Below, piece by piece: positions 12,680 through 27,578 of a DNA stretch of 64,000 nucleotides. Every line of letters begins with the position of its first letter. Position 1 is the first letter of the stretch. This DNA comes from Octopus vulgaris. Taxonomy: Eukaryota. The translations under genes and the position numbers were made by a program. The notes beneath the pieces were generated by a model, which ran no database searches, was not told where the DNA came from, and worked only from the letters and a program-made list of their open reading frames with translations. The stretch lies in assembly GCA_951406725.2 (NCBI GenBank), contig OX597818.1, positions 32,302,001 to 32,366,000 on the forward strand, given 5' to 3'.

Positions 12680-13509
12680 GTATGTCTGCTGAATGATATC
12701 TGACCTGGGACTAAATAACAACCGTATCTTTTTCTCTATTTGTATCATTCGAACTCACCAAATATTTCTATCAGCATTGATAATGGAGACTGCTCCTAAT
12801 CATTCACTACTCACATATACACAATTATAATGTGTAAACTCATCTAAATAGATATAACCATCAACTCGCCAGAGACTATACATACATACGTTCATGTATA
12901 TATATACATATATATGCAACTGAATGTGAGTGTGTGAGAGAGAATGTGAGGGATACACAAATTTGAATAGCTCTTCTAACGGCACTGACATATTTCGAGA
13001 GGTATTAGTTTTGATAAAGCCAAGTCAAGATTGCTCCAACTACTATCAAGAGACTAAGGGACAAATAATTTAGGATCAGACAAGCTTTGACCAACGTCCC
13101 TGCACTGGCAATCAATGGAAATTTATTTGAACTGATAATATATAGGAGAAAAAAAGTGAGATGCAATGCAAATATTAGATCTGTTAATTGAAGATTCATT
13201 ATTGCGGATATTTATTCGTCTCTCGTATTCTTATTTTGTCTTCTTGCCACCTCCAATGTCTCTGTTATCACAACTCGGAATAGATTTTACTGATCCTTGA
13301 GCTCTTGGTAGTACCGTTCATTTGTGGATTATACACTGAGGACTTAATATGAGAATGTTAAGAATTTTATGTAATTTTTGAAACGCTAAAGTCACTCGAA
13401 TCGTGGGTGTTCGTGTGTTCATGGTAGTAATTCTTCGCTCCTCACATACACACAGTCCAATCACAATTATGCACACCACTTCCTCCTCCTCCTCCTCCTC
13501 ATCATCATC

Positions 13510-13541
<32 letters not shown>

Positions 13542-14180
13542 CATCTGCTGTATCTGAACAAAAAATATTTATACGCAATTGAAGATAAATAATATACAAA
13601 ATGATGTTTTCTTATTTTCCAATATTTTCTGAATATCAGAAATGACCGAAGTTTAAATACAGTTATAAAGAAGACATTAAGGAATAGCTAACATGGACCG
13701 AGTTTGTAAGGGAAAGAACTCTGCACGTTTCTGGCTAATGGCCTTCGTCAGTTGAAGTGCAGTTTTCACCATTAATTAGTAAGTTAATAGTAATTGGCTT
13801 ACCACATATAAATGTTTTAAAAACAATATTCAGTGACATTGAGAAGCAATTAATTTATAATTTGATTACAGTGGGGCATCGATCTCATGAAATAAACATG
13901 TGAGTTTGATTATTTTAATTTCTCCAACATCACAACACTGTGATTTTATAAACGTATTGTCAATCCCCACAATTTTATCACTTATGCTGCACCGATATCA
14001 ATATGATTAATTTATCTATGATATTAACAGTAATATTATTAATGTTTGTTTTATATATATATAAAGATACTTCATTTTGGCATTATCCAAACGGCTCCAA
14101 ACCTCGCACCATAAAAACCTCTCTAGTAAGAAAAACTACTACAATCATCGCTCTCGCCAACCAACATAACACCGAAACCG

Positions 14181-14364
14181 CAACATAACACCTATGAACC
14201 TTGACACCAAACTTAACTCATTCTATTTCCTTAGATATTAATGATATCGTTCTTACCACTGTATATAAACCACAACATAACACCTATGAACCTTGACACC
14301 AAACTTAACTCATTCTATTTCCTTAGATATTAATGATATCGTTCTTACCACTGTATATAAACCA
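14181..14364. repeat. Perfect 92-bp tandem duplication
   Basis: caacataacacctatgaacc...gtatataaacca at 14181-14272 and 14273-14364. Confidence 0.95.
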
Positions 14365-14554
14365 GTGGAAATACTATTTTCTCACCACTACCGTTATCGA
14401 TAAATAATCACCTCAACTCGCTCACGACCCTAACGTTATCGTTACCACCTACAACACTTTTTACATTACAACCGCCATCTTGGCAACTACTAGTGTTGTT
14501 GAAGTTACGACATATACCCATTATGTAAAAGATTAGATATTGCTAATTTCTTGC

Positions 14555-14700
14555 ATTGGTAAACAACCAGAAATTTTGAGGGAGGTTATAGTCAAATTAA
14601 CTTGGACCAGTATATTACTGGTACTTATTTTATCTCTGGAAGGAAAAAAAAAGCAAAGTCAACTTCGGCAGGAATTGAACTCTGAAGTAAATACTGCATG
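14555..14700 (-). mobile_element. Degenerate SINE family A copy
   Basis: ctggtacttattttatc...gaaggaaaa...gcaaagtcaacttcggcaggaattgaactctgaa. Confidence 0.6.
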
Positions 14701-15822
14701 ACCTCGATCTTTCTGCAGAAAGTAGTCTACCAGTCTACTATCACTGTCTTGAATTACTCTTATCTTAGCCTATATCTTATTAAACGTATGTAATTACGCG
14801 ATGTTGATGTTTAACCCATGTCACGACCATATCGTATTATCTTTCCTTATGCCGAAGAATACATTGTCCCACGAGCCCTTCTTTTCTAAAAACTTTATTT
14901 GATATGTGCAAATATTAGATAATCATTCTTCAGTTCCTATTGTCCTATTCACCAGTTTGTTTTAAACATGTCAACTAAAACTTTACCCAGAAATAAACAA
15001 ATGTTTAACAAGCCAAATATCTCCAGACAGCTAGTCCCTCTTCAGATCAAGACGCCACTCATAGCCCTTTCCCCCCTTTTCATATATTTATTCTAATTTT
15101 ATAAAAGAGATGTCACCCTTGCCACTCAATCGCCAATAATTTTCCTGTTTATTTTTCCCCTCTTAAGTTTTGTCAATTTTAATAAAGAAAAAGCAATAAT
15201 AATAATAATATTAATGATGATAATAATGAAATAGAACTTTCCAGAAACAAAAGCAAAAAACAAAAAAATAGTTGCTTCACACTTGCTCGACTTTGATGAT
15301 CAAATTTCCTCACTTCACGGACATTTTATGTTCAACTAGAGTCGACAGTTTACGCTTCTTCTTGACAATTGTAGTAGAAGTGAAAAATTCTCGTCTCGAA
15401 GAAAATGCTGCAAGTTCAAATACTATAAAGAATGCAAATAAATACCCTATATTGTTATTTTTAATTTGTATTTTGCATGTTTTTTTCTCTTTCAATTGCT
15501 CCCCCAATCCTTTCTTTCTTAATTTTGTATTTCGTATTTAAAGTAATTATTATTTTTGTATTTTCTTCTCTTTATTATTCATATTTGTTTCCTATTTGCT
15601 CATTTCTTTCCTTTTGGAGAATTTCATTTTTCAAGCGTAGATTGATTAATGAATCATTTCAGACGTTCATAATATTTCAGAAGTAGAAAGAATGTTTTAA
15701 GCATATGAATAAATATAATTTCATATAACAATTCTTAAAATTCCTTAACGGTTGTTAAAGTAACGTCAATATGCAAACTAGTTTACTAACTTAGTGAAAT
15801 TTAGAACGCAATTCTACATAAA

Positions 15823-16222
15823 TCTTTATATATAAAAGTGAAGTTGTGTGTCTGTCTCCTAGAATTTAAATTCCTAACTACTCCCACATTTTGCGGTGCA
15901 GTGTAACCAAAAGCGGGTATCTTATAGTCGTGATTCATATCGAGCCCTTCTGGGTATTAGCGTGCGTCTACGATGAGTCTACGATTTTAAAAAACGTTTA
16001 CCATCATTTTTTTTCCATTTTAATGCATTTTTTCGCTATTATATAAGGGAAGTAACTCTCTAAAAATGTCTACGATGAGTCAACGATTTAAAAAAAAAAT
16101 TACCATCATTTTTTTTTCCATTTTTAATGCATTTTTTTGCTATTTTTTGGCTATAACTCTCTAAAAATGCTTATATAGTTATTTCCCTTACAAACCCGAG
16201 CAACGCCGGGCGATACTGCTAG
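15823..16222 (+). mobile_element. Non-autonomous Helitron, 400 bp
   Basis: 5' TC start (A|TCTTTATATATAAAAG), 3' CTAG|T end, GC-rich subterminal hairpin cccgagcaacgccggg (16195-16210), insertion between A and T with no TSD. Internal ~102-bp tandem repeat at 15966 and 16068. Confidence 0.85.
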
Positions 16223-16417
16223 TAGGATATATAAGTTTTTAATTTCCTCAAATGCGGATTAACTAAAATCAAAAGAGAATTATGAAAGGTTAAAAATTTT
16301 GAAGTTTGCTTACTGCTTGCAATCTTCTTCCAAAGTAATTTGAAAACATATTCTCTGAGATTTATTCCATAATAAGGAAAGTAGAGGGATATCTGCATTA
16401 AACACGCACACACACAC

Positions 16418-16480
<63 letters not shown>

Positions 16481-16588
16481 TCCATTGTTTCCATGGCATG
16501 CTGCCGCATTTTCAGACTTGTCTGAAACGGCGTAAACTACTTCGCTCTATCTTTATATTAATTCTTCTTCTTCGAGTCGTTACCGTAA

Positions 16589-16677
<89 letters not shown>

Positions 16678-16803
16678 GAGAAAGGGGAAGGATATTGCGC
16701 AACGTTATAATGACGGACGTATTCCGCTTAAATTCAGTATAACAGCCATTTATGCCTTTATATCAAAATCGAAATGCATTGGAGTCAACTCTTTCTTGTT
16801 TTC

Positions 16804-17022
16804 CACATTCACACGGGTTAAGAAGTTGAATAAATACCAGTCATATATTGAGGGTTAATCATATCTAAGCATTCCCTCCGCTCGAGATGTATTTCTACCA
16901 AAGCTTAGAAACGAATCTCGGAAAAATATAGAGAAATATGTGAATAGTGGCGAAAATTAATTAACTCAAAGTAGTCATCATGATTATGCCAAATTCTCGC
17001 ACGAGTTTTGCCCTGAAAATAT
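16804..17022 (+). repeat. Source copy of a ~215-bp local duplication
   Basis: Near-identical to 19368-19581. Confidence 0.9.
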
Positions 17023-17292
17023 TTCGTCTGGTATGTTATTTAACGAATTGCTCATTCATTAGCAAAGCTATTCTGATTGGATAATTCCAGGAGAATGAGA
17101 TCGTATTATTTAATTCCTTTCTCCCTCATTCTATACTCCTTTCTCCTCTGCAATCTGCACCCTACCACCAACCGTCTGTCATAATTCTCCCTTCCTTAAC
17201 CATCTACCATCTCCTTTTTTTTCCAAGCGCCTTCTCTTCTCTACTTGCTCATTCCGTCCAGCTTCATTATTAGTTTGCTTCTTCAATCGGTT

Positions 17293-17698
<406 letters not shown>

Positions 17699-17814
17699 TA
17701 ATCTTAGTCTGTCTATCTATTTGTCTGTCTCTCTGTCTAACGATGTGTATTGTGTATGTGGAGCATAGTGACATATAGACAAATAAACAGATAGACAGAT
17801 AGATTGAGAGATAC

Positions 17815-17866
<52 letters not shown>

Positions 17867-18538
17867 AAAAACAGTAGGAGAGAGGCAATGTGTACATGTC
17901 CGTGTCTGTGCGTCTGCGTACGATTGTCGGTCATTTTTTCCGTATCTGAGATTCTTTCAGTTCGCCTCTTGTGTTTTTCTATGAATGCATCACTTTTTCA
18001 GTCTAATCGTTCTTTTCTCTTTCCTGTTGTCCGTATGCCTCTTATTCTATCTGTACATTATTTATTTGTTTGTTCTATATATTTGTTTGTGTGTGGGAGG
18101 GTACCTGTGTGGAGGGAGACGTGTGTGTGTGTGTGTGTGTGTGGTTATACTTGTCTGTCTACTCCCACCCCCCTTATATGTCTGCCTATTTCTATGACTT
18201 CCTTCCTGTCCATCTGTTTTCTACAAAATCAATGGTGTTCTTTTCTTCTCTTCTCATCTAGAACGTTATATTTTTTTGTCGCTTCGTTTTGGATCCGAAG
18301 AAAGATTTTTGTAATTAATTTTTGGAATTCTTCGACAGAATTGTTTGTCAACTAACAACGACAATCTTAAGAAACAACAAAACGAGGAAGCGTTGGGAAT
18401 GTAGAACTTGTCTTCTAAATGTAATTTGTTTATACTCGCATGCACGACAATGCTTTTATTTTATATATGTATATATATATATATATATGAGATTGAGTAA
18501 GTCAGGGACAGACAGAGAAAAGAAAATATCAAAGAAGA

Positions 18539-18569
<31 letters not shown>

Positions 18570-19040
18570 TGAGTGAGAGAAACAGACAGAGACAGAGTGC
18601 GCAACATAATAATCAGTGAGAAAGGAGATCAAAGTAAGCCACTATTGATTAGTAATTAGATTTGACAAAGAACAAGGAATACTGTAAAAGGCAAGGCTTT
18701 GATCAACGGAGGAATCTGTAAGGATTTATACAGAATTTTCCAAACTGTGTCGCATTTATGCAATGGGTATTGTAACTAGCATCTTGATGATGGAGGTAGT
18801 CTAAGTGATGCAACGGTTAATGATATAATTGATCTCGAAACTAACAAGTCTGTTGTATGAGTAAAAAAAAAACAGTAGCAATACAAAAGAGAACTAATGA
18901 GAGAGTAACCTATATGCGTTAGCTCAATCTACTTAAAATAGAAGCCAAATGTCCTCCAGATCCCACCAGAGTTTGATATAAAAAAAAAAAAAAGTAACAA
19001 ATATTGAATATTGTGATTTTGAGACAATCTCCAATAGTAG

Positions 19041-19270
19041 TAATAATAGTCCTTTCTACTAAAGGTACAAGGCCTGAAATTTTTTTATTTGGCGGGGGAC
19101 TAGTCGAATATGTCGACCTCAGTGTTTCACTGATACTTAATTTATTGACCCCGAAATGATGAAAGGCAAAGTCTACCTCGACAGATTTTGAACTCAGAAC
19201 GTAGTGACGGGAAAAAATACCGCTAAGCATTTCATCCAGTGTGCAAACGGTTCTGCCAGCTCGCCGCCTT
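19041..19270 (-). mobile_element. SINE family A (A2 tail), near full length
   Basis: Tail cctttctactaaaggtacaaggcctgaaattt through head ttctgccagctcgccgcctt. Minus strand has A-box-like tggcagaa and B-box-like gagttcaaaat. Confidence 0.9.
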
Positions 19271-19276
19271 TAACAA

Positions 19277-19307
<31 letters not shown>

Positions 19308-19352
19308 AATAACAATAATAATAATAATAATGATGATGATGATGATGATGAT

Positions 19353-19718
19353 GGTTTCAAATTTTGTCACATTCATGGGTGAAGAAGTTAAATAAATACC
19401 AGTCATATATTGAGGGCTAATTATATCTAGCATACCCTCCACTCGAGGTGTATTTCTACTAAGCTTAGAAACGAATCTCGGAAAATATAGAGAAATATGT
19501 GAATAGTGGCGAAAATTAATTAACTCAAAGTAGTCATCATGATTATGCTAAATTCTCGCACGAGTTTTGCCCTGAAAATATGGGGGGACGGTCTAGTCAA
19601 TTACATCGAACACCCCGAAAGGTGGAAAAGCAAAGTCGACTTCGGCAGAATTTGAATACAGGACGTAGCGACGGGCTAAACATTTCACCCGGCGTGCTAA
19701 TGGTTCTGCCATCTCGCG
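19353..19718 (-). mobile_element. SINE family A copy interrupted by a templated insertion (19368-19581)
   Basis: ggtttcaaattttgtcac [insert] ggggggacggtctagtcaattacatcga...aaagtcgacttcggcagaatttgaa...cccggcgtgctaatggttctgcc. Confidence 0.8.
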
Positions 19719-19737
19719 ACCTATAATAGTAGTAGTA

Positions 19738-19773
<36 letters not shown>

Positions 19774-20169
19774 GAAAATAAAACAAGATAGTTGTGGCTG
19801 GGTTTGAATGCCTTTAGGTCTGCTTAATCGAGGAAGAACCGAGGCTAAAGAACAACAAGAATTATGGATCCAAAGCTTGGCTTAGAGCCACCTATTTTGA
19901 AGGAGGTTTTTGATCAGATTGTATGAGTTGTATGAAATATGTACAGATCGCAATCAGATATTGGATAAAATCATAGCTATAAGCTGCCTAATTAGTTAGA
20001 TAAGTTATAGTAAGGAACAGATAGACGGATGTCTGCATTTATATATATGTATACACACACACACTCACACTCACACACATATATACATACATACATGCAT
20101 GTATCTATATATGTATGTATGTTGGTATGTTTGTGTTTGTGTGTACAAATGTATACGCATGCACACGCA

Positions 20170-20240
<71 letters not shown>

Positions 20241-20604
20241 TTATTGTATTTGTGTACGTGATTATACAAGAAATAATGTTCATATATATCAATATTTATA
20301 TATGTATATACATACACATATGCACATATATAAGCAAATAGACATGCGTGCGTTCATATCTGTATGCATATATGTAAGCATATAGGTGACGTCATCGAGT
20401 GAGTGAGAAAAGGGGAAAAAAACGAATAAATAAATGAATGAAACCTCAAGAGTGATTGAAGGAGAATAAGCAAGATGACAGTGAAAAATAAAAAAGGAAA
20501 ATATTATATTATCGGGATGAGTGGGAGAGAGACGAGGAGGAAGATAGAGCGAGAGCCCTTGATAGATGTATGTAGATCGGGATGGGTGTGAGTGGAAGAG
20601 AGAG

Positions 20605-20662
<58 letters not shown>

Positions 20663-20874
20663 CACAGGGCAAACGAAAACTGAATTTCAGAGAAAAGTAA
20701 TGATAAAATGATAGCAGAGATAAAGCTGTGTGTACTTCAAAGATACTTTTTTTCAGAGAACGAAAATTTATTTTGATAAGAATAAATATGACACAAAAAT
20801 TTATTACAAATGAAAAATGAATGAATGAATTTAGCAATGCAATAACAACAACAATAACAACAACAACAACAACA

Positions 20875-20921
<47 letters not shown>

Positions 20922-21480
20922 AGAAGCAAGAATGTGAAATAAAGAAATATTTGACCGGACTTGTATTAAGTTTTAAAGGCTTTGCTGTTTGAATAGGGAG
21001 GAAAAATGAAATTACAAGATTGTTGATTAAAGACGATAACAATGAATGAGTAATTCAGAAAATAATGGAACAATTGTAGGGAGAAAGAAGTGAAAAGAAA
21101 CAATGTTCAAGAAAGCTTAAAACCGTCGAAAACAATGGCGCATAAAGAATCAGAAAAAAAAAACAAAAAAAAAACACATGAAAATGAGGAAATTGAAAAT
21201 CAGAGGTAATATTCAATAGTCTAAAAAGTTGTTTATAGAAAGACGTTTAAATAGACTGTATTGTCGGACATACAGTTTTTACTCTCTTTCGTCGTCGTTA
21301 CCATTAATGTAACAGTAGTTGTAGTCACTGTCAAATTCTCATTCCTATAGAAATCATACCCTCTTCAATTGTTGTATTAAGAAGCTAAAGTAGGCCCTAC
21401 AAACGCTTCATTATATCCCAACACTTGCATTCTATTCCTTTGTTGTTGATTTTCGTTCATTATTATTATTATTGCTATTA

Positions 21481-21512
<32 letters not shown>

Positions 21513-23302
21513 GATGCTGATGTTGTCCTAACGACCATCTGTCAGTCAACTTCTACCAGTCCTCTTCAATCATTGGGCTGATGACTCAACCATTCGTTCG
21601 TCTCTTAACTATGAAATCCAAACACTCGTTTGTCCGGTCACTGACTTCGAAAGATTCCCCCCTTTTAGTTTTTGTGTTTTTTAGCAGAAGGAAGGACGGC
21701 GGGAGTAGGGTGTGTATATATTTATTTATTTGTTGTGTTTTTTTTTTTATTATGATCCTTGATGTTGCTTACTTACGCTCAATAACAGCTTCACTCCATA
21801 TACCACAACCGCTAGCCAATTTTACAACCCTTCATCCCACTTCGAGTTAACTTGCAATCAAGACACGTTCCTTGCTGTTGAAAACCAGGAATTCACTTAT
21901 GACCTATTCATCAGATGACTTTTTGTTATAAAGAGTAACATCCTGAGTATTTCGTTTGGAATATGAAAGCCCCTTTTCATGACATCAACAGAATTTCTTT
22001 TGTTTCGTCAAAGCATTACAGAATATTTTATTCCGTTTCTGTTGTATTATTTTTGTTATTTCCTTTTCTTTTTGTTATATTCATAAAGATATATTTTTTT
22101 TATGAACGATATTTCTTTACCAATTTCATGACATTTGTTTTGATGTCATTCACTCACTGTTCGGACAAATCTGAAATACCGAAGTTGTGTCTGTTTTATT
22201 ATCTTAAAATTGTATGGAAGCAGGGAGAGAAAGCAAATGAAGTAATAATATCCAAATGAAGATGCCATCTCTAAAATCACATTAGAATTTACCACATGGG
22301 CTCCTCAACAAATTATGCTGAACGCATTGAGCCCAAATTTGAATGGTTTATTTTTCTCTGTCTCCATCAAAATATAATGCTATTGCATTTAGATAATTTG
22401 GAAATATTCACCAGCTCAGTCTTTTTCACGCGACATTCTACCTTAGACTATGTATCCATGACTCAGCCTCATTACAATTATTATTTTTTCTTCCCTCTTA
22501 GTCAAGATAATTGCCCCTTAAATACAATACGCTTTGAGTCACACTAATATACTCTTCTTTCTTCACAAAGCGTAAATTCTGTAATTATTAGTGTCTAAGA
22601 ACAATACTATTATAGTTTTAGTACTAAGAAAATGTGAATCTGTGACGTTTATGCCATTCCCATTGGAATTTGTTATACAAGTAAAGTGAATTGTTTCCGA
22701 TTGCCAATCGAGATACTTGTGGATATATTTTATTTGGAAATTACTTTAATTAGTAAATGTTTTGAGTTGAAACCATTATTTTTACTTCTTATACTATGCT
22801 TTCATTTAGAACGATCTACTGCACTCTTCTAAAATATCTCAAATGTTCTTAGTTGTTCTGCATATATAAAGAACTACATACAAACAGTAATTTATTAAAA
22901 GATGCTACACCTGAAGCCTTGCGGCTTTAGGCCAAGCCTTTTCCCTTCTGATTAATGTTTCGAATGAAAAAATAAATCACAAGGTATAAGAATGAAATAA
23001 TGTATTTTCTAAAGTTCGATAAACTATATAGAAATTTAAAGCTTAACTGGTGTTTCCACGGTTGTTGATGTTGCTGAATTTTGGATTTACGCTATAGAAT
23101 GTGGACCAAATTATTTACTTAAAATTATAATATTTGATTATCTATGATGCATATTCAATACCTATAAGTTCGTTTCGCAACCAAATGGCTCCGATATCGT
23201 TCCAATTGCGCAGAGGCTTTAGGCAAATAACTTCCACAGCTTCAGGATGGCATATAACTTGTGTGTTTGGAAAAAAGCAACTGCGCTGAAGTTATATATA
23301 TA

Positions 23303-23522
23303 TATTTCTTTACTACCCACAAGGGGCTAAACACAGAGGGGACAAACAAGGACAGACAAACGGATTAAGTCGATTACATCGACCCCAGTGCGTAACTGGT
23401 ACTTAATTTATCGACCCCGAAAGGATGAAAGGCAAAGTTGACCTCGACGGAATTTGAACTCAGAACGTAACAGCAGACAAAATACGGCTACGCATTTCGC
23501 CCGGCGCGCTAACGTTTCTGCC
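23303..23522 (-). mobile_element. SINE family A (A1 tail), young-looking copy within (TA)n
   Basis: tatttctttactacccacaaggggctaaacacagagggg...gcatttcgcccggcgcgctaacgtttctgcc; TA repeats on both sides. Confidence 0.92.
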
Positions 23523-23529
23523 ATATATA

Positions 23530-23612
<83 letters not shown>

Positions 23613-25423
23613 CGTGGTTTGCAATATAAGCTTTAATGAAAAGAACTGGAAAGCCGCTGCTTCTCGAGCAACGGTCCCCGTGATATTCTGCCTCAGGTTA
23701 CAAGCACTCGCTTTGTAACGTGTCACCTTGTAGTAAATGCCCTGCCGTAATGTTGACTCATTGGTAACCTGTAGCCATTGACGCTATTGTTCGCATAGAG
23801 CGATACAAAATAATTAAATAATTTAGAATGGTGGCAAAGTATTAAAAAAAAGGACAAAGCAAAAACGTGCGATAACGACTTACTATGATATTCATGCCAC
23901 ACATTCTGCAATATTGAAGATATAATAGCGTGAAACAACTGTTATAGCTTAATAACTTTTGCTACTGTGGATAAGCCTTATCTGACTTGCCCAAACAGGC
24001 CTATAACACTGAGGTCCCGGATCGATCAAAGTAACATATCGATCTTTCTAGTCATGACCGTAATCTGAGTCATATTGCATGTTCATATTTAAATTGTATG
24101 CTATCCGTTCTAATGGGAGATGGGAGATTTCTTGTGTTGGGCGACTCCATCATACAAAATCGTTCATCGCTTCCGCGTAGCAAATGTTTGATACACTGAT
24201 TTGTAGGTGTTCGATAAAAAAAAAATAGCTTGTTGTTGATCAAAGGGGGTGAGATAGAAAATGAATAAACTGTCTAAATAAAAACAGATATGTAACTATT
24301 AATGTGTTTCAGACTTATTTTGACTAGTAAAATGTTGAAATAGGTGTGTGCTTGCGCGTGTGTGAAATGGACAGGTAGCAAATTGATGAATGGAAAATTG
24401 TCTGATATATGGAAGTTACATGCTACATGCTCGTATGGAATACTGAACACAAAATTTGCAGAGATACAAACCCTATTATTTGGGTTTTGTTAGCATTAGT
24501 TTTCAATTAGTCATTCTCTTCTATCGATCCTTAAAGGTCTTTATTTTCAATTACTCATTCTCTCTCATCGATATTTGACCTTTCATTGCTTTTTTTTCTC
24601 TCTTGTTTATTCATTTTACTCTGTAATTTCATCAAATAACTCTATTTTGCTATTAGATTTGTTTTTTTTTACTTCTATTTCTCTCTTTCACTATCTCCCT
24701 ACCTCTGTGTGTATGTGTATATGTGTGTATTATTCTTCCGTTCACCCGGTTTACCTTAAATTTATTTTCCTACCCGAAGCATAACTACTGTTGCTCACTT
24801 ACACCTTTCTATAATTTTTCTCCATCTCCATTACTTCCCACAACTCTCCTCTCGTTATTATTCCCATACTGAAACTTTTCTTTCTAAATTTGTCTTTCCC
24901 CCTCGTTCATTGCACTCCAGATTATATTTCTGAGAACTTTCAAAACCGCAGAAAACAAGTAAAAACCTTCTCTGTGATATAGAAGTGATTTTGGAAGAAA
25001 TTTAGACAGCATTACCTCCAGCAGTTTTCTTCATGATTGTGAACACAGTAAAAAAAAAAAATAAATAAAATAAAATCTTTTTTTTTTAAAATCAATTCAT
25101 CGAAATAAACATTTAAGGAATGACAATCTAGTTTAAATGTATATGACTAAAATAACCATCCAGGGAATATATTGTGGAAAATACTAATCATTCAACTAAA
25201 AATGTATAAAAGTAAAAAATTTTAGAAACTAATCAATCTATCAAAAAGAGGGGAAAAAAAACAAAAACAAAAAAAAAAACAGAACAATAGAGTTAGATTA
25301 TTAGGGGTCGTTTAAATGATGCAAATTTTTTCATCAAATGTATGTATATCACTTGCATATTCATATCTAGTATGTCCGATGTATGCGAGAGAGAGATTTA
25401 GAGATATACAGATAAACAGATAG

Positions 25424-25543
<120 letters not shown>

Positions 25544-26118
25544 TTGATTATATTTAAATGAGTGTATGGTTGTAAATGTATGTCTGTTCATTAGCTGTAT
25601 GAATGGGAATGTTTGGTGGTAGGAATGCTTATGAGTATATTGCTCTCAGTTCCCATTAAAAATGTTTTTTTTAGTTACTGCTAACTTATACGTGTGTTTT
25701 GTTTACCTAATTTGCCTAACTTGTATTTCATCTATAAATTCAATAAACATCGAATTCATTTATTAGACCGAAACCCGAGATTCTTTATTTTTTCTTTTTT
25801 GTCTTTTTATTCCTTTACTTCACAGAATATTGCAAAATCTTAGTCTTGAACAAAAAGACCTATGACACGAAGGTAGACAATAAGATAGATTCAGTGCTGT
25901 AAATATACTGTAGTGCCGTCTATTTGTGTACCACACAGTGCATTCAGACATGCAGGGTTTATCATATGGTTTTATATACAGAAGCTGTTGCATTTTCTCT
26001 TCTGTCCTGTCTCTGTGCCTGCAAGACCTAGCAGGGAAGGTAACGTAAGGTAGGCTCGGTATGAGCTCAACGTTTGTTGTCCTTTTGTAAATCTCTCTTG
26101 TGGTCTAGATCTCTAAAC

Positions 26119-26325
26119 CAGTGCTTTTCAATCTTTTTGCTGGAGCGGAACCCCAAGGAAACATTCCACTGGCTCGGGGAACCCCTGTGCAATAATTTAA
26201 TAGTATTCTGCATAGGAGAATTAAAAATTACTGCCGATTTTAGCAGTTTTGTAACTTCTTGCGGAACCCCTAGACTGTACTGGCGGAACCCTAAGGTTCC
26301 GCGGAACCCTGGCTGAAAACCACTG
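26119..26325. mobile_element. hAT-superfamily (Charlie-like) MITE, 207 bp
   Basis: TIRs CAGTGCTTTTCA / TGAAAACCACTG, perfect 8-bp TSD CTCTAAAC (26111-26118 and 26326-26333), repeated subterminal GCGGAACCC motifs. Confidence 0.92.
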
Positions 26326-27305
26326 CTCTAAACACTAAGAGATACAGAGAGCCTCTTCACGGTAACTCCAAGCCAACAAAGAAGTCTATAGAATGTCTGT
26401 CAACCTGCTAGAATTCACAGCTAAATTTTCCTCAAACTACTCACTATCTATTAAAATGGAAGAAACGTATTGAAAAAGAATATTAATCCCAAACCTTTGC
26501 TTCTACAAAGTTTTCGACAGTGCTGAAGGCAACTTTACGTTCCATTATTTTATAAAAACAAATCCTTACCAAATCAATAGAGCATCAGACGGTGATGACC
26601 TGTGTTGACTAACACATTAGTCTTAAAAGTATGTCTTCCCGTCTCCTGTCCTGCAGTCATATCCTACCTCATTTAACCTTTACTGCTTAGGGTATCAGCT
26701 GGCCTCTTCTACTGCTTTGTTGCTACTTTCTTTGCTCGTGTTTCGTCTTATCTTTCTTATTTTATTTTATTTCTTTTGTTCGGGTCTCGGATTCTATTTG
26801 TTAAGTCTTACTTTTTCCCCCTTACCCTCTTTTCTTTATACGTGTCTATATCTATTTTTCTCTGTTTCATATACCCTGTGTAAGATCAATATTTTGCTCT
26901 TGTATGGTAAGTTGTGACTCATACAATATCATATTTAGTTTGTTTGATTGGTCGCCTCTTTGTCTGCTTACCTGAATTTCTTTCTACATTCTTAGCTAAA
27001 CGTAGTATCAACCTGCCACCATTTATTAGATCAATCTACCCGCACTTAATATATCTCTTTTCTTTTCATGTACATACAGACTGTCGTACGTACATGCCAA
27101 TGAATGAGTATGTGTATATATGTGTATATATATACATGCACGCGCACATATACGCACGTACTCTCTGTCTCTCTTTCGCAATTGTTATTGAATATCGTTA
27201 AAATTGGTCTGCTGCTAAAACATCTTGCCTTATTAAGTTCACTACAACCTCCATATTTAGCACATCTTTTCTAATTCTTTCAACTTCAATATTCTCAACA
27301 CGCTT

Positions 27306-27307
<2 letters not shown>

Positions 27308-27337
<30 letters not shown>

Positions 27338-27513
27338 TGTATGTATGTATGTATGTATGTATGTATGTATGTATGTATGTATGTGTGTGTATGTATGTGT
27401 GTATGTATATATGTGTATATATGTATGTGTGTGTGTATGTGTGTGTATGTATGTGTGTATATGTATGTGTGTATATGTATGTGGGTGTATATATGTATGT
27501 ATATATATGTATT

Positions 27514-27578
<65 letters not shown>

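Noticed and set aside
20387-20394. Isolated CRE palindrome TGACGTCA
   Set aside because: A single 8-mer between microsatellites; compatible with chance in 64 kb.
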